From positions 62,001 to 126,000 of the forward strand of contig CBFDEM010000038.1 of assembly GCA_965603825.1 (NCBI GenBank): a stretch of 64,000 nt of DNA, in the 5' to 3' direction. The stretch's first letter is position 1, and each line of letters starts with the position of its first letter. Source of the DNA: Blepharisma stoltei ATCC 30299 (taxonomy: Eukaryota; Protista; Ciliophora). Position numbers and translations under genes: made by a program. The notes below the pieces were generated by a model, which was not told where the DNA came from, did no database searches, and worked only from the letters and a program-made list of their open reading frames with translations. Of the stretch, positions 55,154-64,000 are shown piece by piece.

Positions 55154-55867
55154 TTAGACTCGAAATGTGAGCCATTCCCCAGAATCATTAATGGAATGCT
55201 GCTTCTTCATTGAACATTTTTCATTCATTACAGGCGAACTATCGCGAGTGCACCGACTATCTTCATTTAAATTTGAATTACTTAGCGATCTATCATTTTC
55301 AGCAAACTTCTTACTTTTGTATATTTTTCTAAATAATTCGACTGCTGGGTTAATAATTTCACATAAAAATCTTCCTTTCGTTTCAATAAATAATATAATA
55401 AATCCATATAATTCTAATGCTGCTCTTAATTTAATGTAAGAAACAACACACACAAAAACTATTTCTTCATGAGCTTGGCTGCTGATAAAAGAACAGTCAA
55501 AGCGGAAAATAGATAGGAATAATAGAGTAACCCAAATAATGAAATTTATAATGATACAAATTTCAAGCTTGCAAGGGCAGGCACAGTTTGCAAAGAAATT
55601 TCTATTTGGCAGAGGCTGATTAGAAGATTTAGCTCGTACCTCATTTTTAGCCTTTCTGCGACAAACCACTACTATAGAAAAAACTTCAATAAGAAGATAA
55701 ACTTTTATCATGATAAAAATAGTTAGCCAGTTTTTTCAATATTCGCCAGCATCGTTGAAGTAGAAAATTGTATAGAAAAATGATGCAATTCAAGCTAAAA
55801 AAGATAGAAATAGTAAAGCCCAATGCAAATAATAGTGTGGCTTTTCTCTTTCAGTTGTATTTTTCAT
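55154..55867 (-). CDS. Orphan multi-pass membrane protein, paralog B
   Basis: ATG 55867 is in frame via two TGA. Shares SFL, NWL.I, LIE, TL.FLS.F.F and E.I.F.CVV...KL with paralog A. Confidence 0.75.
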
Positions 55868-56295
55868 TTTAATTATTTCTACTTTAGTTTAATACCAAAT
55901 TAGGTAAATCTATTTATAAAACTTATAAAAAGGAAGAAATTATGGCAAAATATAAATTTTGAATTATACTTTTGCAAATGCACAATTATAGGCTACTGTT
56001 GAAAATAGATTAGCTTCATAGTTTTTATATAAATAGGATAGACATAATTATAAAGGGCTATACTTATTAAAATTTATAAGAAAAACTCACTATCTGAAAC
56101 TTTTTTTGGGATTTTAAATATGCTTTATATTAATTTTTTTAATAAAAAATTTTATTTAGCAAATAATTAATTATATTGAATAGGTCAAGATAGTAAGTTC
56201 TTTACAATCTTGAATGTGTTTAAAATTCTTAAAAACATTAATCAGCATAATTTAATTAAATTTTCTAAATTTATTCATTATTTAAAAAGAATATT

Positions 56296-59200
56296 TTAGA
56301 TTCTTGATCTCTTCAGATCCTTTATTTTTCTTTGATTCAATATCTTATTTTTATTCATGCTGATAGGGACTGAAGGTTGTAACTTTGCACCAATAAACTT
56401 ATGGTTTTTGGCATGAAGACAATCATATGCACATAACGAATGAGAAATCTTGATTACTTTTGAAAAAATATTCTTTAGGTTGCCAATTTTTGAGGGCTCA
56501 ATATTAAGATCCCAAAAATCATTTCTAACAATATATTTTCTTAGTGAGTAGTCTGAATTTAAATCAACCATTGAATTTCTAATAATAAATCTCATTAAAG
56601 CATCTTCTACTTGATATTTAGTGGGATAAAATCCAGAGTTGGTGTCACACTCTTTAATTAGTTCTATTATAGCAGATTCTACAGCACTATCATTATCAGT
56701 TTTCTTGAAATCAGCTTTTATAAAATCTCTTGTATATGGGAAATATTTTGCTTCTACAATCTGATATAGAGAAATAATATATTCTAGCTTAATTTCTGAG
56801 ATCCTTGTGCTGCCTTTCAAATCTTCAGAAATTCTAGAAGAATTTAGCTCTTTGCAGAAATTCATAATAGAGGAATCATTTTTCCCTTTATAATACCTAA
56901 GGTAGCAAAGCAAATAATTAAATGATCCATATATTCCTTTCAGTTTTTCTTGATATGCTTCTCCTTTTTGCTTTAGTTCATCAAAAAATAACTCAATACA
57001 ATGCAGCTTATCAGACTCAAGTGGTTTTTGATTGATAATTCCTTTGATTTCTAGTAAAAGTCCTGACTCTTCGCTGGATAAATTTAGCAACTCTAAATGA
57101 TATTGAATTAAATCAAGTTTTGTAGTATCAATCATTTTAGCTAAAAGGAGCTGCTTAGCCAGGCATTTTCTTATTCTTTCAAAATCATAAACAATTTCTT
57201 TGCCTCTTCCATATATGGGGCTGCTAAGTGAGTAAAGATTGAGTATTTCTGTATTATCTATATCAAGTGAAATTATATTTTCTTCTTTTAATTTTTGTAA
57301 AGGATACGCTTTAAATTTGGCTTCATCGAGGTCATTTTTATCTCTTAAAGAATTCGAAATTATTGAATTTATTTGCGAAAGACATTTGTTTTGGATTTCA
57401 GCTAATTCTATTAAAACAGCAGCCATATACATACCACCACCTTTGACTTTATTATCGACAAGGAAATTAGTAAGTTGACTTTCCTCATTAAATTCTATGC
57501 GATCTAAAACTTTGCATTCATACTGGAGATTATCAATTCCTTTGCTATTTCATGCTTTAATGAAGTTTTCAAAAAGCGGCTTTATGAAATGATTATCCTC
57601 AATAGCTTTCTTAATAGTAGTTTCTATAGCTTCAGACCGAAGAATTTTATTGTTATATATTTCAAGCAAACAATTTGTAAATTTTATAATAGGATACAAT
57701 GATTCGACTTTTAAAATTTCAGTTGAATTTTTTAGATAAATATCAATTATTTTGCAATCCTCAGGATTGCTCAATAAATACTGATTTTTAAGATTTTCGA
57801 GAGATGGTTCACCTTTTATTCTGAATAATTCTATATCAGGATAATTTTTATCGTCTTTTAGATTAATATACTCATATATATAATCTTTAAAAGAGACTTG
57901 GACTTCATAATTGGCTTTAAGAAAATTTGAATATTCTAAAATAGAATTTTGTGGGTCGATGTTAGGAATAATCAAATTTTGCTCAAAGTTCTCTTCAAAT
58001 TCATCCCTATCTTTTGGAGAGAGTGATCCAGTGCTGCAGCTCAATAGTAATTCATCCAATTTTGAAATTATTTTATATACCCATAAATGGCTTGAAGCGG
58101 ATCTACTCATTTCTAATAATTTTTCATAATCAGATTTCACAGATTCTCTTAGGTATTGATAACTATCTTCTTGCAAAATTGATGAGTCTATAAGTCCTTC
58201 AAGGGTTATATTATCAATTAATCCTATCTGGTGCAAGGCTAAAATAATACTGCCTAGCACAAAATGAAGAGCTATATAACTAATTGGATTTAAGCCTCGA
58301 ATTGAGCGAATTTCTCTTTTCAGTGATCCAGGAAATTTTAAACCGGCTTCTATCTGGCTCATATGTCTTCTAACTGCGTTGCTAAGAAAACTATAAGCTT
58401 GCTCATGTGATAAATTCTCATGCCCTTCTCTTTCTATTAATTTATGGTTGGTTCCTCCTATGTTTTTATGGCAAAAAGGACACTCAAATATCTGCATTGG
58501 GGCACCACATTTTGATATCACATAAATATAATCGCAATCAGACGAACATTTATAAGTACTTCCTTTGGAATAGCTTTTCTTTCATTCCTTTGATATGAAT
58601 GCATCAAAGTTATCATGAAATTCTTTAATGTATATATGCAATGGATTAGGTTCTGCTCCAAAAATATATCGATTATTAAATCTTTCGCTTAAATTATCTA
58701 AACTTCCATTTTCGTTGAAAAAAATTGATGAAATTGGATTTAATTTTTGGCTGTAAGACAATATGACTGTAAAAATTCCTAGAATTGTTAAAATTCTGTG
58801 CAAATCAGTCTCTGATGTATCTCTTTCTAATCTTAAGTCGGAATTTGCTGGGAAATTATGGATATAAAAATAGAATAATTGATAAAATTCCTGGCCAAAA
58901 GCATTCAGAATGTCATCTTTTCTACATTTGAAAAAGTTGATAATATTTCTATTCATTTCTTTTTCTTTCGAATAAATTGAAAAAATTTTATTTAAAAACG
59001 CAATTCCTAAAGCAAGCTTTTGGTCAGGGTTTTGAGTTTCTATAAGAATTTCATCATATAAATTTTGGTTTTCATTTTCCAATATTTTTTTTATGATATA
59101 TACATTCCTCTTATACTTTTCTAAAACCCTAGGGAAAACTAAAAATGAATCTAAATCTAAATTGATTTTTTTGCTTTTTTCTTGTTCAATTTCTTTTATC

Positions 59201-62200
59201 CTAGGAATCCATTTGAGGTTGGGATATTCTATGATGAACTTAGAAATGTCATATCCTGTAATTGTTAATATTTTTTTAACACAATACATTTTTAAAGTAT
59301 CTCCAATATCTAAATTAAAAATAGTTTTATCAATTTTTTCTTTAATTTCTTCTTCCTTATCATTTAATATTTTTTTTGCAAGCACGCAACAATAAATATC
59401 AAGATAATTTCTTACCAAAGTCAATGATATTATTTTTTTTATTTTTGGATACTCAATTTGTTCCAGTTTTCCTTTTTTTAAAAAGTACTTAAAGAATTGA
59501 TAATCGCTTTTAAGTTTTTCGATATCAGATTTGCTTTTTGCGTCATCTTTTTTTTCTGAATCGAAATAATTTCCTAAATTATCACTTAAAATTATGCCAA
59601 ATTTGCTATGAATCCCTTGCTGTTTTAAAGCTTCTTCTATTTCGTTAAGGTAATTATTATCATTGGGTAATTCAAAATCAACATCTTTATTGTTTGATAT
59701 TTTGTATTTTAAATCTTCTATGCATTCTATAATTTTTGATTTTTCTACAATAATACTCATAATTTTTGTTGTATATTTCCAAAATTCTTCATTTTTAAAC
59801 TCTTCAGCAATATCTTTTATGAATATGGAATCGTTGCTTGCTAGAAGCTTAAAATAAGAACTTATAAATTTGAGGTATTGTTCAGACTCACTATATTTTT
59901 CCTTAACTTTTGGAAGAACATGTCTTGCAAATTCTATGGAACATACATAATTTTTAGTTTCTGTTTCGACGTTCAAGGCTTGATCTAATAGATAAGATAG
60001 ATCTTCCCGTTTACCATTATTTTTTGCTACCAATTTGCTGTATGAAACCCAGAATTCAAGAATATCTAGAGTCTCGATAAAAGCATATTCTTTTAATTCT
60101 ATTTCTGTAAGCACATTATATAGCTTTTCTGCTTTTATAGAGTACTGTAAAACATCTTCGTTATTACTGGATATCATTTCATTGATCAGCATTTCATAAA
60201 TTGAGTCTAAAACCGTTTTTCGTGTATTTTCATTTTCTTCAGAATTTTCATCTTGCTCACTTTCATAAGGAGGTAAATCTTTTAAATGTTTCTGAAGTAT
60301 TTTTATAGCTTTATTTTCTAGCTCTGGTAAAAGATCAAAGGTATTACACAATAAAACTCCAAGTTCTCCAATTTTCATGAATGAAATTAATTTTTTTTCA
60401 AATAAATTATCACCATGAAAAACGATTTTGAGTAGTTCACAAATAAATTCTTTATGATGCAAGCTTAGTAGATTTTCCTTTAAATAAATTGATACAAGAT
60501 CTCCAAAATATAAATCTTGTAGTTTAGAGTGTTCTCCATTAAAATCCAATTTTCCTCTATTATATTTAGAATGCTTATTGTATTCGTCTTTAAATTGCTC
60601 AATGGGAGTCTGAATCTGATTTTCTTCCATTTCTGATATTTCATACGATTTAAAAGCAGCTACTACAGTCTTGTAGTCCATCATTGAAAATGGAAAACAA
60701 AGCTCATATTCGCATTTTATAATATTTCCTTGATAAAGACGGTTTAGTCCAATATTATTATCTATTCCTAGGGTATCAAATATATCAAACCAAATTTGCT
60801 TTCTAAAGCTATCAAATTCGAGATAGGGATCTCTAAAAGGTTCTATGCAACTAAATAGAGCGCTGTTTCGTTCCAATGTATAAAGAATTAGCTGTAGAGA
60901 ACTTTCTATTTCTGTTTCAAGAAATAGTGAAATAGCTTCATAAAGATTAGCAGAGTCATCTATAAGCTTGGACTTTAAAAAAATTTCTTCTTTCCAATCT
61001 TTATTTATTATTTTTGCTTGCAAATTTTTCCATATTTTTGCTTTAAAATGGCTAGCAATGTCACAATCAGTTCCAATTTTTTCAATAGCATTATTAAGAT
61101 AGATAGGAATTTTATCTTTATTTTCTTCTGTGATTTCAACTCTAAAGGAAAGTAAGCATCTTTCTGCTAAGTGTTTAATTTCTTTCTGAAAATTAAAAAT
61201 TTCATAATCTAGTATTAATGACTTTGTATCCTTTGACAGTATTTCGTCTGTGACCTCAAAAGAATTGTCGAGCAAGCTATCAAACATTTTCATTTTTCAT
61301 GACTCAAATAGCATTGTAAATGAGCTATATTTTATATTTCTTTTTATATGGATAACAATACAAAACTTCTTTTTGGACAAAGGATTTTCTGAATTTATCT
61401 TATCAATTAAAAATTTTACTAAAGGAAGATGAACACATTCTTCTCCAAAATCGACTTCTAAAATAAAAACTTTTTGGGTTTCATTTCTATAAAACGCATT
61501 CAATTCTTTGGCTAAATCTTGCTTTGAATTATAAGCAATCATCTCTTTGATTATAAGCTTTTCATCATCATCATCTGTATTAAAAATTTTTTCTGATATT
61601 CTTTTATCATAAGTGAATGCAAAAATATTTTCAAAGTCACTTGTATTATCTATCATTGATTTTATTGTATCTTTGAAATTTATTGCATGAAGCTCTTTCC
61701 ATTTATTTTTTATACTTTCTTTAATCTCCGGATCAATTGAGATTAATTCTAGTAATATTAATATATCAGAAGAAGCTATCTCTAAAAGATTTTTTTTGCA
61801 TTTTTCTAAAGTTTCACTATTTTCTTCTCCTTTTTCATTGAAAAGTATAAGCAGAGCTAATGAATCACTGCTATAAATTGGAAATAAGTGATTTTTAGTA
61901 AAGCTAACAACTCTTTGCTCTTTAATGACGAAAAATAAATCAATTCAATTTTCAAGCTCTTTTAACAATTTCGCTTGCTTATTATTAAGTATTTTTTCAA
62001 TAGTCAAAATATGTTTTTCGAATCTGTTAAGAAAAGGAGCATCTTGTTTTTTTACATCTTCTGGACTTATTAGTGTAATTACATGAAAATTAGGATGCAC
62101 TAGACACTTTGGATTAAAATTATCTCCAAGAGAAATTTTGCAATATTTTCGTTGATAATTTTCTGATCCATGGATTGAAAAGCTCTGATTAAATAAATCG

Positions 62201-64000
62201 TAAAGTGAGCTATAAATGTGGTCCATATCTTTCAGAACTATAGATACGCCTAATTCCATATAAATTATAATATCATTCAAAGACTCAAATCCATAACTAT
62301 CTTGATTTATATCATCAGGCAAGCTACTTCCAACTATAATTCTCCTGTTTTTATTATCACTCAAATATTTATCTAAAATAAACATGGCTATATCTGGCTT
62401 GCCAATAATCATCAAATACCTTGCATTTGGATCATTTAAGTTATCATTTAACAGTTCAAAAATTTTTGTATTTTTCTTAGGCAAATTTATTTTATGATAA
62501 TCATAAAATAAGCTACACATAATAGATTCACCATAGCTTGTGCCTCCAAAATTTCTTTCAATTGCAGCTTTCACACAATTTGTTATAAACTCACTTGTAC
62601 TATTTTCTTTATCAATTAGTTTTTCTGATACTCGTTTAATTAAATGATAAAAGTCTCTCAAGCCATAAAAATCAGCAATTTCTGTTTCTTGGGTTTGTGT
62701 TTTTAAGCTTGTATATGCCTTAGCAAGCTTCTTAATTATATGGTCGTAAATTTTATTTTCAGTGTATGAATGATAAATATCCAATGCAGTCAGCACCAAG
62801 TCATCCTCACATGGATCAGGCCTAGCTAGATATAAAGCTCTATTCATTTTAGAGGCATCTAACCTTCAATTAGAAATCCCGATAAATCCAACTTTAATGT
62901 TTTCTTTTTCAAGATATTTGTGAAGAACTTTTAAAGGGTTATATCTTGATAGTTCAGCTAAGCCAATTTCATCAAATACAATCACAGGGAGAACCTCGTG
63001 CCCTATTTTTGGATGTTTTCCAGCTTTTTCAAAAACCTTTATAATTCCTCCAGATTTGCAAGACTCAGAGCCTTGAAAATGCACCATCACTAGCTCTGGC
63101 AAAGTCCTAAAATAATGGTCATTTGATGTTTTACCTCTGAGATTAGAAAATATTAATTCTATCGATAAAGATTTGCTGCTTCCAGGCTTTCCACATATAA
63201 AAACAGGTATTTTATTAACAATACAAGGAATAGCAGCAAAAATGTTTTCTTTTAAAGCATTATTTAAAGCTGTTCCTTTTGGCAATTCCATTCTTTCTAT
63301 ATAGTCATTTTTTTCTAGCTCTATTATTTCCTTAATTTTTAATACACTTATAAAGGGGCTGCTTATAGAATCAGAAATTTTGCGTATAAAACGCTCTCGA
63401 TCTAATTCGGATGCAATTCTTAAGTAATAGCAATGAGAAAAAGAAAGGATTCCCGCTGAAAGATCAGTGTCTTGATTCGCATTAATATATTTTTCATTGA
63501 CTTTAGATTTTGGTGGCAAGTTTAAGTGATCAGAGATAGACTTTTCAAACCATAAATATAAATCAATAAATCTTGATACATCTCTTAAGCTAACACTGCT
63601 GACATCTTCCTCTTCTTGGAAATACTTGTGAGCTATACATATCATATCAGTAAAAACTTCTTTATACTGTGAATTTATGCGGTCAAGCATATTATTAACA
63701 TATTTTCTTACATCTTCATGAGTGAGCGTTCCAAAGTCCCACACATAGTCTATCATGGTTTCAGGGAGCGGTTTTACGAGATGAACCAGCTTACTTTCAT
63801 TCTGCGTTCTTTTTACTTTTTTGATACCAATATTTTGCTGCATTCCTTTTTTTGAAGAAACTCTATAAGGATTACACGCTCCTAGAAACGCAATATTTGA
63901 AGGCAAAGGGTTTCCATCAAGAGTTCTTTCACACATAATTTCACAAATCATTCCAATAGAATCAGTTGTATTGAATTCATCGAAAAACACTCACAATTTT
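56296..64000 (-). CDS. RNF213: RNF213/mysterin-like giant AAA+ ATPase with RZ finger (C-terminal about 2,560 aa; 5' end outside the window)
   Basis: Six ORFs lie in one frame joined by TGA. VFFDEFNT, ACNPYR, VSLRDV, GKPGSSKSLS, VFDEIGLAELSRYNPLKVLH, GISNW.LDASKMNR, FYGLRDFY, PFLNRFEKH. RZ-like CSSDC...KCGAPM...CPFC...IGGTNH. Confidence 0.9.

Noticed and set aside
1-64000. Bacterial (Mycoplasma-type code 4) or mitochondrial origin suggested by TGA=Trp and tight packing
   Set aside because: The genes are eukaryotic nuclear (importin alpha, F-box, TFIP11, CFAP36) and contain GT-AG introns.
1-64000. Mass pseudogenisation or selenocysteine as the explanation for in-frame TGA
   Set aside because: TGA falls at conserved Trp positions, swaps with TGG between paralogs, and frames stay intact.

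Overview
Gene-dense, AT-rich eukaryotic nuclear DNA that reads as the macronuclear genome of a heterotrich ciliate, most consistent with Blepharisma (inference). The supplied ORF track is fragmented because TGA encodes Trp, while TAA and TAG are the only stops. The seven introns found are all exactly 15 nt (GTA-N6-A-N2-TAG). Re-read this way, the window holds about 40 protein genes, some only 5-60 nt apart. They include NDUFAF3-like, GAS2-domain, F-box/WD40, CFAP36, importin alpha, a CNBD channel, otubain-like DUB, pirin, ankyrin kinase, S10 carboxypeptidase, TFIP11, STIL-like, inositol 5-phosphatase, DTL/Cdt2, peroxisomal catalase, ELMO-domain and F-BAR proteins. The left end has tandem Venus-flytrap/multi-TM receptor genes. 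One is a pseudogene with a 784-bp palindrome-rich insertion. The other is broken only by a -1 shift at an in-phase U_UUA_AAC slippery heptamer. The right end has a giant RNF213/mysterin-like AAA+/RZ-finger gene next to two paralogous orphan membrane proteins. Also found are an atypical tRNA-His-like gene with a GCG anticodon, a 37-aa OST4-like microprotein and a Cip/Kip-like protein, none fully captured by the ORF track. All assignments are by manual motif recognition; no searches were run.
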